Of a DNA stretch of 64,000 nt, positions 1-12,578 are shown one piece after another. Every line of letters begins with the position of its first letter. Within the stretch, counting starts at the first letter, position 1. A program made the translations under genes and the position numbers. Origin of the DNA: Octopus vulgaris (taxonomy: Eukaryota); NCBI GenBank assembly GCA_951406725.2, contig OX597817.1:32426001-32490000 (forward strand). Direction: 5' to 3'. Below the pieces are notes generated by a model that saw only the letters and a program-made list of their open reading frames with translations, did not search any database and had not been told where the DNA came from.

Positions 1-370
1 TTTATTTTATTTTATTTTTTATTTTTTTTTTTAAACAAAACAAATTTCAACACTTGTGGTGGTTATTCTGCTCTTTATGGATCTGAACTTGAAGGCTTAT
101 AAGAGATAAACCAATAGGATTAAAAGCATTGGCAAAATTTCAAAACACTACTGGAACTTACATAACATGTCACTTTAAACCTTGACAACGTACACAATTT
201 TTATATGTGTGTGTGTGTATGTGTGAAGAAACAGATAGATAAAGATATAAAACAGTTTTACTGAGCCAAGGGAGTCCTAAGTGATCACTTAACTTGCTAG
301 AAATAGCAGCCACATCTCTCTCAAATAACACCCTACCTTCATCAAAAAAAAAGGGAAGGTTATATTAGAC

Positions 371-1022
371 CAGTGTTCCACAACCTTTTTTTCACTTATT
401 TCTTATTTCTTTACTGCCCACAAGGGGCTAAACAAAGAGGGGACAAACAAGGACAGACAAATAGATTAAGTCGATTACATCGACCCCAGTGTGTAACTGA
501 TACTTATTTTATCCACCCCGAAAGGATGAAAGGCAAAGTCAACCTCGGCGGAATTTGAACTCAGAATGTAAAGACAGACGAAATACCGCTAAATATTTCG
601 CCCGGTGTGCTAACGTTTCTGCCAGCTCGCCGCCTTTTTTTTCACTTGTGGTACATTTATATTCTTTTCAAAATTCGGCGGCACACCTGAACTAAAAATA
701 TAACAAGGTATGGGGGAAAAAATTGTGTTCAGGTAACACTGCAGCATACTAACATCATCTTGATGCACACTAATGTGCTGTTGTTGTTGTTGTTAAGCAA
801 CAAGACGGGTAAGGGTGATTAGGTGATGGTCTAGGGCTTAGGGGCAAGAGACGCCAGACCTTGGGAAAAAAAAAACTTTGGTTGTCTTGTAGTCGAAGGC
901 TCTTCATTGACGCCCTACACCACTGGGAGGTGGAACTCGAAGTCGCTGGAAATGGAGATCTCCAGCTCCAAATTCTTGAACAGTACACTAATGTGCAGCG
1001 GCATATTGGTTGTGGGGCACTG
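371..1022. mobile_element. hAT-type MITE containing two nested retro-insertions
   Basis: Ends CAGTGTTCCACAACC / GGTTGTGGGGCACTG; 8-bp TSD TATTAGAC/CATTAGAC; nested SINE about 398-635 and a (CAA)n-tailed insert 779-984 with TSD ACACTAATGTGC. Confidence 0.75.
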
Positions 1023-4000
1023 CATTAGACAACCTTAATACCTGATATACAAAAAGATGGGGTGGCTACAGCTGCAATACCTTTGACCATAGATCTATCC
1101 AGTAAGAACAGTCAATGAACTTTTGATAAATCTTTATATGAACATTCTACTCTAGATAGAGACACACAAAGTGGTTAATCAGAAGTGATTCATACTTGTT
1201 ATTACTCAGTAATTGTTACATATCTGTCTGGCCATAGTGTGCAGGGAGACAAAACAGAAGACCTAAAATTTCAAATAGTAATATCATGATATTACCATTA
1301 TCACTGCCATATCAACAGAGAATTCTACTCTTGTATGTGAGAGTATGATCTCAGTGTTGTAAACCACCAACTTTTCCAATGTCAATGCCTGATGGTACTC
1401 TGAAAGTCAATAAAGCTAGCATCTAGATATTTGGTTAGTTGTTATGCTTCTTCTGACTCATCAAATAACCATCTGTTATAACACACCTATTAAATAACAA
1501 GACATCATCCCTATGTTTCTGACATACCCACATCATCCCTATATTTCTGACATACCCACAAAACCTTACTTTCAATATGATACTTCCACCATCTGGTTGG
1601 ACTTCCACATTTACTAAGACAAATACCTACATCACTATCACAATCAAATTGCTGAGACTAAGCTCTAAGGCTACATCTCATCAAAGAATTGTCAGAATTA
1701 AAGAGCTAATTGGACAATGGATTTAAAATACATAAAATAAAAAAATAGATGCGCCCTTTTTTTAAAGCCTAGCCAGGCTCATGGGCCCGGTTTTCCAGTT
1801 TCAATGGCGTATGTGTTCCCCAGCTGGATGGGACACCAGTCCATCGCAGCGTTACTCATTTTTGCCAGCTAAGTGGACTGGAGCAACGTGAAATGAAGTG
1901 TTTTGCTCAAGAACACAACATGTCGTCCGGTCCAGGAATCGAAACCACAATCTTACAATCATGATGCTGACACCCTAACCACTAAGCCATGCGCCTCCAC
2001 TTTTAAAATACATACAGTGACTTAATAGTAGAACAGTAGACTACAGTATGTAGTTAACAAGTTGCTAATATCTTATGAGAAATTTTTAATCTTGCCCTAC
2101 AGCATCAATGGTTAGTCTTTCTTTATTTCAAGCAAATATAGTTTATTTCTAGAAAGGAGGACATCCATGCACAACACTTTCAAAAACAACTCTTGACTTG
2201 AAAAAAAAATTATTTCATTTACTAAGGCTCGCCAACAATCTTTCTTGAAAGTCCTATTCTAAATCTAACTAAATAGGAATCATGGTATCTTGTCAAGAAT
2301 AACTACTTCATTCTTGAGCAACTGCACATCTTTATAAAGCCCAAATATTCTTTACCATGAAGTACTCTTTTACTTGTTTCAGTCATTTGACTGCGGCCAT
2401 GCTGGAGCACCGCCTTTAATCGAGCAACTCGACCCCGGAACTTATTCTTTTGTAAGCCTAGTACTTATTCTATCAGTCTCTTTTTGCCGAACCGCTAAGT
2501 AACAGGGACATAAACACACCAGCATTGGTTGTCAAGCAATGCTAGGGGGACAGACACAGACACACAAACACACATACATATATACGACAGGCTTCTTTCA
2601 GTTTCCGTCTACCAAATCCACTCACAAGGCTTTGGTCGGCCCAAGGCTATAGTAGAAGACACTTGCCCAAGGTGCCACGCAGTGGAACTGAACCCGGAAC
2701 CATGTGGTTGGTAAACAAGCAACTTACCACAAACTTGTTTTTATCCAGAACTAGCTGAAAGTACTGGCAGCCCAGGCAGTCATCTAGGGTGTTACAACGA
2801 TCTAAAGTGATCGAATTCTTTGAAATATAAGAGAAAAATAAAAATAAACGAACACCAGAGATATACTGTGATTGAGAAGACCCGGCAAGTAAAGTGAGGT
2901 CACAGCTGTAGCCTACACCAGTGTCGCATAACCAGCCCATTTAAAAAGTACCTTTGAATTATCGGGTGACATTCTGTGCTTGAGGAGCCCTATTAAGTCA
3001 AGTAAAATTCAAATCAAAATTCAAATCTAATCACAATCAAATGAAAATTGTAGTTGTGGTTGATGCCAGTGCCACCTGACTGGCTCCCATGCTGGTGGCA
3101 CACAATAAGCACCATGCATGTGTGGGTCATTGCCAGTTCTGCCTGACTGGCTCCCTGTGCCGGTGGCACATAAAAAGCACCATCTAAATATGGTCAACAT
3201 GGGAGCCAGTCAGGTGGCACATAAAAAGCACCCACTACACTCTCAGAGTGGTTAGCATTAGGAAGAACATCCAACTGTAGAAACACTGCCAGATCAGATT
3301 AGAGCCTGGTGCAGCCTCCTGGCTTACCAGTCCTTATTCAAACTGTCCAACCCATGCCAGCAAGGAAAGCAGACATTAAACAATGATGATGACTTTAGTC
3401 CTGGTGGCACGTAAAAAGCACCATCCATCCGTGGCCGTTTGCCAGCCCCATCTGGCACCTGTGCGGGTGGTACGTAAAAAGCACCCACTACACTCACGGA
3501 GTGGTTGGCGTTAGGAAAGGCATCTAGCTGTAGAAACACTGCCAGATCAGACTGGGCCTGGGGCAGCCTTCTGGCTTCCCAGACTCCAGTTGAACCGTCC
3601 AACCCATACTAGCATGGAAAGTGGATGCTAAATGATGATGATGATGATGATTTTACACCTTGAGAAAATTTTTGAAAACCATACTCATAAGGGCACTGAA
3701 ACTCAGCTTGTCTACATTCAGTCCTGTTTTTACCAGTGATATCCAAAACTACCGGCTGAGCATCTCTGGAACCTGCTGTCTGGCCTCTTATCTGAAACAC
3801 ATCCTGATCTCTCCCCCTCCATCCAAACCATATTTTTATCATTCTCTCCAAACCCTGAAGTTACACAGTTACATAGTTTTATTTTTCATTCCATGGACCT
3901 ATAGTAAATATAATCATCATTGCATATATCCAATAACAACTACAACAGCAAAAGCAGCAACAAACTCTGATATCAGTTAATAACTGTAACTAATAATTGT

Positions 4001-5285
4001 GAAGTTTCAACATTGGCCTACTGACCATCTTCACCAGAAGTTGGGTTTCTCTTATACTATGGTACATTGTACCCGTGAGCAAGATATATAACTAGTTGCT
4101 CTAGTTTGCTTATCTAACAAAAAAAAAGTTCCACCCCTACATCACTTTTGGATGGTGAGCAGTGGGAGGCTATAAAATTGTAAAAACAATTGCTTCAACA
4201 AAAATCTGTGGGAAAATGCATTTTAAAAAACGAATGTAGAACAGATGCGAAGCAGTAATGAAATATTATCAGTCAATAAATACACTTTGTCTTGTGGTCA
4301 CATGTATCGTTGTCTAGCGGTCACATGGTATAGAGCACAATGAGTTCCTGTGAATATATTCTCCCACAATTTATTTATGACTTAGAAAAAGAAAGGGCCA
4401 ATTTCATGATCTTTATTACAGTCTCTGAGACTGGAGGGGAAAAGTATGAAATGTGGGTTACTGCAGTAGGAAGTTGAGTATCAAGATAGTGAGTTTTCCT
4501 CAGAACTTCACTTACCAGAACAGACTTCATGAAAGGAATTAAAAATGGTAGTGTTAAGTACCATTTTTCAAACTCCAGGGGTCCATAAAATAAAATACAA
4601 TTACTCCAGTTGACTAACACCACTCACCTGAAAAATTGTTAGAATTGTGCCAACAGCAGCAGCAGCAGTGGAGGCTCAATGGCCCAGTGGTTAGGGCAGC
4701 GGACTCGCGGTCAGAGGATCGCGGTTTCGATTCCCAGACCAGGCGTTGTGTGTGTTTATTGGGCGAAAACACCTAAAAGCTCCACAAGGCTCCAGCAGGG
4801 GGGGGGGGAGGTGGCGACCCCTGTTGTTATCTTTCGCCCCAACTTTCTCTCACTCTTTCTTCCTGTTTCTTGTCCCCGACTTCCTACACAACCGCTGAGC
4901 CTGGATGCGCATTCATCCATCCATCGATGCTCCCGGAGTCAGGGGTTGACCTGCTTTCTCTTCTGCGGGTCTTACGAATAGCGAAGGACCATGTTTCGGA
5001 CTTCTCCCATCTTGTGAGCTCTGGGACAAAGACCGTTCACTCAACAGCAACAGTAGTAGTAGCAGTAGAGAATTATGAGCATTGCAGAAAATGCCTTGCA
5101 GTATTTGTTCTGCTACTTTCATGAGTTACTCAAACTCTACCAAGGTCAACTTAGCCTTTCATCCTCCTAGGGTTGATAAAATAAGACCAGTCAAATATTT
5201 GGATTGTTTTAATCAACTAACTCCTCCCCACAATTTCTGACCCTTTGTGCCTATGTAAGAAGAACTATTAGCAGTAACAGCTGGA

Positions 5286-5750
5286 GGTGAATTTTTTTTT
5301 CCCACGAGAGTTCTGGACCCCAGTAATGAACTCATTTGCATACAGTCAATCAGAGCATGTTGTGAAGGTTGTCTGATTTTAGTAGAAAACTAGTAATTAG
5401 ATAGATTTGCATCTATACTTATTATCAGATTTTGTTAGGGCCCCATATGGTAAAGATGTGGATGGGAAAAATGTAGGTAGAGGGTGATGTGCTAGCAACC
5501 CTCCTTACTCTTTTAAGAAGTAAACAACAACACAAATAACTATGCAGAGACAGCCATGGTTGAAACAAGAACAACAAGCATTATTAAAAGAGAAAAGAAG
5601 TATGGTCATTCCTTACCCAAGTGACCTTATCTTATTGCCCATCACATGGTATGTGCTTATAAGTTAGTTTGATAGTTGAGCTCCAATTGGCTGTATGCAA
5701 ATGAGTTCATAACTGGGATCCGGAACTCTCGTGGGAAAAAAAATTTCGCC
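5286..5750. mobile_element. MITE with about 70-bp TIRs, superfamily unassigned
   Basis: 5286-5356 is an inverted match to 5679-5750; flanks AGCTGGA/AGTTGGA. Confidence 0.7.
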
Positions 5751-6508
5751 AGTTGGAGAAGGAACAATTTGGTCTAGAAGACAGGCTGTGCCTATGGCCT
5801 TAGCTGTTTCTCTAAGAGTGATGAGACTGACATAGTTACTGTTCTATTTGGACATGAAATGCTATAGGAATAACTTCTTTGAAAAAAAAAAAACAATCAG
5901 CAATTTTAGTTCTTGGTTGGAACCATATCCTGTTGATTGATAATGAAAGTACATGAAGCTGTAGCTAGCAAAAATTAAGTATTCAAGCACTTTCTCTCTC
6001 ATATACACAGACATACATACACCCACATTTCAGCTTTTACACACAGTGACACATAAGCCAACACTGATTTATTTACTACTTTCTATTTATATAAAAAAAA
6101 AGAAAGAAAACAAGTAATATTATCTCAGTGACCAATTACAGGCAACGGAAGCCAGATCTTACATCCTTGAGACAAAGGACTGACCAATGACATTATGGAA
6201 CACTACTACATCATCATCTTAAAAACACTATCTCTTTCACTCAACCCAGAAGGACATAAAAAAGCGCATACAGAAATCACTGCAGCAAAAATAACCTCAT
6301 TAAAACCAAGCATTGTGCTGAGATGCACAATACAAATATTAAGTGGACAAACAGTAACCATTATGATGTGACCGAGTCCACCTTGCCTGTCATCACCAGA
6401 ATCTACAGTGAACAGAGTATTATATTATATTCAGACTGTATTATTGCATGAATCCCTTATGATTTACCACTGCCATATGGTCATCAGCTATGTGATGGTA
6501 TATCTAGA

Positions 6509-6740
6509 AAGGCAGTGAGCTGGCAGAAATGTTAGCATGCCGGGCGAAATACTTAGCAGTATCTCGTCTGCTGTTACGTTCTGAGTTCAAATTCCACCGA
6601 GGTCGACTTTGTCTTTCATCCTTTCGGGGTCAATAAATTAAGTACCAGTTACGCACTGGGGTCGATGTAATCGGCTTAATCCATTTGTCTGTCCTTGTTT
6701 GTCCCTTCAGTGTTTAGCCCCTTGTGGGTAGTAAAGAAAT
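6509..6740 (+). mobile_element. SINE family B (representative; others at about 398-635-, 21905-22507-, 27480-27693+, 46880-47111+, 47780-47920+, 57877-58107+)
   Basis: Head AGGCRGYGAGCTGGCAGAA..GTTAG, B box GAGTTCAAATTCC, core TTTCATCCTTTCGGGGTC; TSD GGTATATCTAGAA. Confidence 0.85.
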
Positions 6741-6754
6741 GGGTATATCTAGAA

Positions 6755-7072
6755 CAGGCCTACCCAACTCGAATTACATTGTGGGTCACTTTATCACAGA
6801 ACGTTTTTTGAGGGCTGCTTGTATACTGACAGAATTGAAAGCACTTTGCTTTCTCATGCTATTATTACAATAATGAATGAATGACTGTTGATTCAACATG
6901 AAATATTATCGTTGCAAAAACAGTAGTACTTTTATTTTTTATTTTTCATTACAATTTTTAATTTTTGATAAAATTTTTAAAATAAACCCATTTCAAGAAA
7001 GTATCAAGTGGGCCACAAGATGAAAGTCTGTGGGCCACATGTGGCCCACAGGCCTCAGGTTGGCCAGCCCTG
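6755..7072. mobile_element. hAT (Charlie-like) MITE
   Basis: Ends CAGGCCTACCCAAC / GTTGGCCAGCCCTG; perfect 8-bp TSD ATCTAGAA. Confidence 0.8.
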
Positions 7073-8835
7073 ATCTAGAATAATAGTTGTTCAACTGACT
7101 ATATCTGTGTGATAGGAGTGTTTGATTAGAGCTGACCAAGAACTACACAACAAAAGAAATAAAGTCCTCTTCAAACCTTGCAGATCCAGACCTATCCCAT
7201 TATAGCAATTTTCAAAAACAACCATATACTCTTTTAGTAAATTTACAATCTTGCCCGATGTTCATAGCAGTGCTATTTCTCTCAAAAGCTAACACTAAAT
7301 TATTACACTACTAAGAGATTGCTAATATTAACATGTCCTTTCTCTCTTAAGTGTTCCAACAACACAAATCTTGATTTTAATATGAACCACAACTTCAATC
7401 TTATCCTCACTCATCATTTAAGAGAGCTCAGTACAACTTCCTTGGAACCAGATCCACTACAGACCTATCCTACTATCTCTTTAAGAAATTCGACCTATCC
7501 CACTATCTCTTAAGAAATTTGACGACACAATGTCGTTATGATTAACATCAAAGACATTTGATTGCGTCAAGTACAAAAATTTCTCTAATGATCTATGTCC
7601 GTCTCTTGTTTCAGAAGCTTTCAGTCAGATCACACCATTACAATTATGCCTTGATGATGTTCTCCTAGACTCATTCCATCAACTGTCATGCCTGATGGCT
7701 CAGTTATATCATCCATTTTTTCCCTCTTGTACATTAAAGCCCTGTTTGTCATCAACCTCATTCACCCGCCCAATATGCCATCACTCTACATACCTCCTTA
7801 ATCTTTCATACACAGATATCATCCATGTACCCGACACCCTGCATCAAGCCTACACTACCTCTGTATTATCCAAAGGAGACATGAGTATCATGTTCCATTC
7901 AACAGCATAAAGTCACAATAGCAACACATTAAGAAAACAATATTGTACATCACTCCCTCTAGTTTTACACAACACAATCGAAACTCTTCAAATTGTTACA
8001 AATGCTACACCTCACAAATATTAATGACCCTATCTAGCAGTCTTACATTCATAACAGCAAAAATTCTGTCTCAAAGACTACTGTTTCGTTTCAGAATTAG
8101 AAAATACTTGAGCTCCATATAGCTGCTGACTCTCTATAGAGCTTAAGTGAGATTCATATCTGAAAAGGTGCTGGCATACACATTTGATTACCACCATCAT
8201 CATCATTTTTACATCAATTTAAGACCATATCTAAAGGAAAGTCATCCAACTGATAAGCCAAAAGTGACTAAAACTATTACAGTCTCTAGTCCACAGATAC
8301 TCTGTCCCCTCACTGCCTCTTCTACCTCTACTACAATATCCTCTGCTCCCTGTAGCATACTAGTTGCATACCACCTCCATCCAAGCCCACCTACCTCTCA
8401 TTGCCTATTCTATCCGTCTCTCAGGTTACACACAAACCACTATCCTTCTTTTCCAAAATATCACTGTCAACCCTCTGAAATTCCCTTCCTGTTCACATTT
8501 CGCCTGCAGATGCCAACATGTAAATGCTGAAACTAAACATCAACCACTGCCAGACCCCTGCCAAAGTTAAGCACAGTTCCTTTCCCCTGACTCCAACCAC
8601 AAAAAAAAATTAACATAATATTTATATCGACATTATTAAAGGCATTTGATAGGGTTTATCATGACGGCTTATGGAGAAACCTGTGGTAAATTTGATCAAC
8701 GACTTCTATAACACTTTGAAGGCAGAACTACATTGAACAGCATACTAACAGAACTCTTTGTGAAGACATCAAATGTTAGAACTTCATCTTTACCTTCCTT
8801 TTATCCCAATTAATTAGAAATGTATAAAGTTACAA

Positions 8836-8940
8836 GGCGGTGATAAAGAATACGCACACCACCTGTTTTCGGCGTAACCCTAACCCTAAAACTAACCCTA
8901 AATCCCTAACCGCCGAGTGTGTGTATTCTTTACCTTCGCC
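8836..8940. mobile_element. 105-bp MITE enclosing telomere-like repeats
   Basis: 24-bp imperfect TIRs GGCGGTGATAAAGAATACGCACAC / GTGTGTGTATTCTTTACCTTCGCC; flanks AAGTTACAA/AAGTTACAT; internal TAACCCTAACCCTAAAACTAACCCTAAATCCCTAACC. Confidence 0.7.
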
Positions 8941-10943
8941 AAGTTACATAACTACCAAATATGGAAACTCCTATTCGGCATCGCCAAAAATTCATGCACA
9001 ATTGACTAAATTTATAAAACTTATAAACACATATAGATACTATCGCATGTGTTACGTTCCAAAACCTCCCATAGAAATAATTAAAATCTAAAAAATATAA
9101 ATACCTATCGACCGCAGAAACCCGAATATACTGAGGAGTCCGCGCGATATAAATTTACATATATTAGCCAGAAAAATCCGCGATGTACTGAGTGTGCGAT
9201 AGGTGAACCGCGACGTACTGAGTGCTCGATAGGTAAACCGCTATATGGCAAGGGATTACTATATTGGAAAGTTGGGTGTCAAATGGGAATAAGAATTTTT
9301 TTTAAAACCCTCCAACTACAAATATATTTTACTTTATGCTAACTGCTAAAAGTCGCAACAGTCTACATACAGCCCACTTTTGTTCGCCAATACCATAAGA
9401 TTGTCATGGTTCCCCCATTCATTTATATGAAAAATCCCGTTTAGCTTCTAAGTGAAAAAGAATTACACCAATATCGTGGAGGTTTTTCTAAGAATTCGTC
9501 CGCAATCTCGATTCCCTACTTCATTTAGTTTGTACAACTAACACCCTTTAAAATATACACACACGCACACTGGTTATATGATAAAATGCATTGCATCTCA
9601 AGGACGAATTTAAGTATTGGAAAAATATCACATACATATATTGGACTACGTTAAAAAAAAACTTAAACAAGAAAGCGACAAAACATTTCAAAATATTAAA
9701 AGTGATGCTTTAAACTTGCCTGCTTATATAACAGCCAAAAAATGTGTGTATTTTGTATAAAGATTACATAGGGTTATTTATATATTTTTTTCTTTCGTTT
9801 TTATCATTCTTAGAAAAAGGATATATGGAATTAGAGTGAAAATTATTGGAGCCAGTGAATCATAAATAGAAAAAAAGGATTTATTTCATGTACCGATTAT
9901 TTGCGGCAATATCTAACACTTCGGGGTTGAAAATCGTGGTAAATCAATTACTTAAATTACTTGTTATTTTCTGGAATTAAAAAAAATAGACCGTTTTTCA
10001 TTTAAACGAGAACTACTGTTTTATTTCTCTTCGTTTTTACATAAAGCTTATGTAAGCGAGACAAGCTCGTGGTTAAAGTACTAGTTCCAAATTACAACCA
10101 TTTCAAATTCAACAGTACATTTTCTATTATAAATACGAGGTTATTGTTTTTGAGTCCAAAGTCTGTCTCGGTCGAGTAAGCTTGAGAGCCAAAAGTATTC
10201 AAGCGATGACCATCCCGTCCTTTTAATTCAATGATGTGAATTGAGAGAAATTTAGCGAATAATTCTAGCAGTTCGAGCCACCACGTAGGAGGCTGATAAA
10301 AAAATGAGGATCATTGTTTTTTTAGTTTTTTTTTGTCTTTGTTTAGTTCCAGATGAAGGCTGACGGACAAAAGCATTTCAACCGTGACCATCTGTACTTT
10401 TAGTGGTATATATGTCCACTTAGATCATTTCTTTTTCTTTTCTTTTTTTTTTTTTTTAGACAGTAAGATATGGTTTAAGGGAGGTTTGACTGTTGTATCT
10501 AACAGATCGAAGTCCACTTAGAGACTGGCTCACTGGTAAATAAGAAATATTGCATTTGTAAAAAGACACAACTTCGTTGACACTAAGGCAAAAAATATAT
10601 ATATATTACGAAACACTGCCCCACCCCCTCAACTCGTCTCAAAACAGAGCATTCGGAAGGTTGTTTACATTTAGGCAAACTAGCTTTCACGAGTTGCACG
10701 AGTAAGTTCTAACATATATATTGAGTACATAATGATATATAATGATATTTGAACTACTTCAAATGTATAAATTCTAAAAGAAAAAGAAAGAAATAAAATA
10801 AGGAGAAATAAAAGGACCTATAAGTTAATGAAGGAAAGTCAAAGAAGTGAATTGAACGAAAAGCTGTTTATAAATTAAAAGAAAAACACCGTAAGAAAAT
10901 AATTTTTTTTTTCAGATATTGAAAGTAGTAAAACCGTACTAAC

Positions 10944-11042
10944 CTGCTTTAAAGAGCGAAAGAACTGTGAACGTACATGTAGATTGCGCGAAATGCTGTA
11001 ACGCACTGACGCGACCAATAAGTGACGGATGCACGCAATCAT
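10944..11042 (-). CDS. Probable first coding exon (33 aa) of an unidentified gene, resembling a mitochondrial targeting presequence
   Basis: MIACIRHLLVASVRYSISRNLHVRSQFFRSLKQ has 5 Arg, 1 Lys, 5 Ser and no acidic residues. It ends at a phase-0 donor CAG|gttagt and lies in unique, CpG-retaining sequence like that around STT3B exon 1. Confidence 0.6.
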
Positions 11043-11460
11043 ACTTTCCACGCAGTTGGCAACCGAATCAGTCTCCTTAGTATGAAGAACTACACACACC
11101 TGCTAACACTGTTTAATTACTTCTTGCTGCGTGTGGTTTCTCTTAATTTTTGCCGATTCGCCCGTCTTAGAAGATGAGGAAATTCAGAAATTAGAAACAC
11201 TTATTCGAAATGGATTTATACATCCCACAGCAAAACTGAATGTCAAGGAAAAAAATGTTGGCATTTAACACATGATTCCGATGTGTATAATAAACAGGAG
11301 GAGCACAATCAATTAAACTTTGAATTTATTTAATCTGTTTGTTATCTATGGCTATTGATATATTTTAAAGAAAGACATGAACTGTCGTTATGAGAGATTA
11401 ACCGTTATCCACGGACCGGAAAATAAGATTCATTCTGACGTCGCGAATTAGGTTGAACAG
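11043..11460 (-). promoter_or_regulatory. Putative promoter/5' UTR of the minus-strand gene
   Basis: CpG-retaining unique sequence upstream of the 11042 ATG; CCGGAA (ETS-like) near 11416 and TGACGTCG (CRE-like) near 11436. Confidence 0.35.
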
Positions 11461-11500
11461 GAAAACTTCTGGTATTTTTAGGAACACTGTTAAAATTATT

Positions 11501-11618
11501 GCAGCGTGGAAGGTGTTTATAAGCCATTTAAGAAACACACAATAGACGTTCGATTCACTTCAACATTTAAGTTTAATATGTGAAAAAATATTTTCGTCGC
11601 TAAAATCCGCGACCTGTT
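11501..11618 (-). mobile_element. Short insertion with a 16-bp flanking duplication and a variant hammerhead core
   Basis: CACTGTTAAAATTATT at 11485-11500 and 11619-11634; minus strand reads GTGAACA-G-GTCGC-ggatttta-GCGAC-GAAA-ATAT-TT. Confidence 0.6.
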
Positions 11619-12197
11619 CACTGTTAAAATTATTATATCTCAAATTATTAATAATTTCATTATTCACAATTTTATGTTCTGACAAAAGAAGTTGAAATAC
11701 AGTCAACATATTAATAAATACACAAAGAAACGATGTGATTTTTCTTTTAATGAAATTAAGATATCAAATTTCGCAAGTAGAAATTATATTCCATCAAAAT
11801 TAGCTTTAACTTAGTGTTTTTCCCCAATAGTGCTCAACAAATAATATAAATATATATAAATTATGTAACAAATAATATAAATTTGTATAAATTATGTATT
11901 ATTTGGGGCTGTATCATATGTTTATAGAGTGAAAGAAAGGAATAAAATTCTGTTACATAATGCACGATCTTGCCTGGCAGCAAGTCTTCCACTAGAAACT
12001 CCTTACTTTCGAGGGTTTTTTCCTTTTATCTTGAGGCAAGGCAAAAAACAAAAACAGAATACCTCTGTAACTAGCAGTCATTGAGAATAGAACAGAAAAC
12101 TGTCCTGAGTAGACTAATGTTTTCAAAACAGACACTTTTGTATCCAACTGGATGAAACTGTTATATGAGGAAAAATTACTTCAATGTGCTCAAAATT

Positions 12198-12314
12198 GAG
12201 GTCGTTGCCAGTGCATTCGAGCGAGGTCGTTGCCAGTGCATTCGAGCGAAGTCGTTGCCAATGCATTCGAGCGAGGTCGTTGCCAACGCATTCGAGCGTG
12301 GTCGTTGCCAGTGC
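12198..12314. repeat. 25-bp tandem repeat, about 4.7 copies
   Basis: Unit GAGGTCGTTGCCAGTGCATTCGAGC. Confidence 0.9.
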
Positions 12315-12578
12315 CGCTGGACTGATTCCTATGCTGGTGGCACGTAAAAAAACACCATTCCGAGCGTGGCCGTTGCCAGTACCGCCAGACTGGCCCTCGT
12401 GCCGGTGGCACGTAAAAGCACCCACTACACTCTCGGAGTGGTTGGTGTTAGGACGGGCATCCAGCTGTAGAAACTCTGCCAGATCAGATTGGAGCCTGGT
12501 GCAGACTTCTGGTTCGTCAGTCCTCAGTCAGATCGTCCAACCCATGCTAGCATGGAAAGCGGACGTTAAATGATGATG
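12198..12578 (+). mobile_element. Short retroposon family D sharing the RTE 3' end (representative; others at about 2880-3650+, 17510-17945+, 23125-23415+, 23422-24155-, 29780-30030+, 40000-40200-)
   Basis: GGTGGCACGTAAAAGCACC ... CAACCCATGCTAGCATGGAAAGCGGACGTTAAA(TGA)n, similar to the end of the RTE at 38030-38195. Confidence 0.8.

Noticed and set aside
4516-4628. Possible exon 2 of the minus-strand gene (ttttcag ... gtaagt)
   Set aside because: Stop codons in all three frames from that acceptor, including the frame set by exon 1.
4668-4745. tRNA-like sequence with A and B boxes
   Set aside because: It is the head of a multi-copy SINE with no proper acceptor stem, not a tRNA gene.
4925-4995. 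Possible HDV-like ribozyme near GCGAAGGACC
   Set aside because: Only a simple hairpin could be formed; no nested double pseudoknot.
6162-6217. Possible small minus-strand exon (tttaag ... gtaag)
   Set aside because: Open frame does not match the phase-0 donor and the peptide is unrecognisable.
7400-8700. Faint RT-like traces such as KAFDRVYHDGL near 8635
   Set aside because: Too decayed to delimit or classify.
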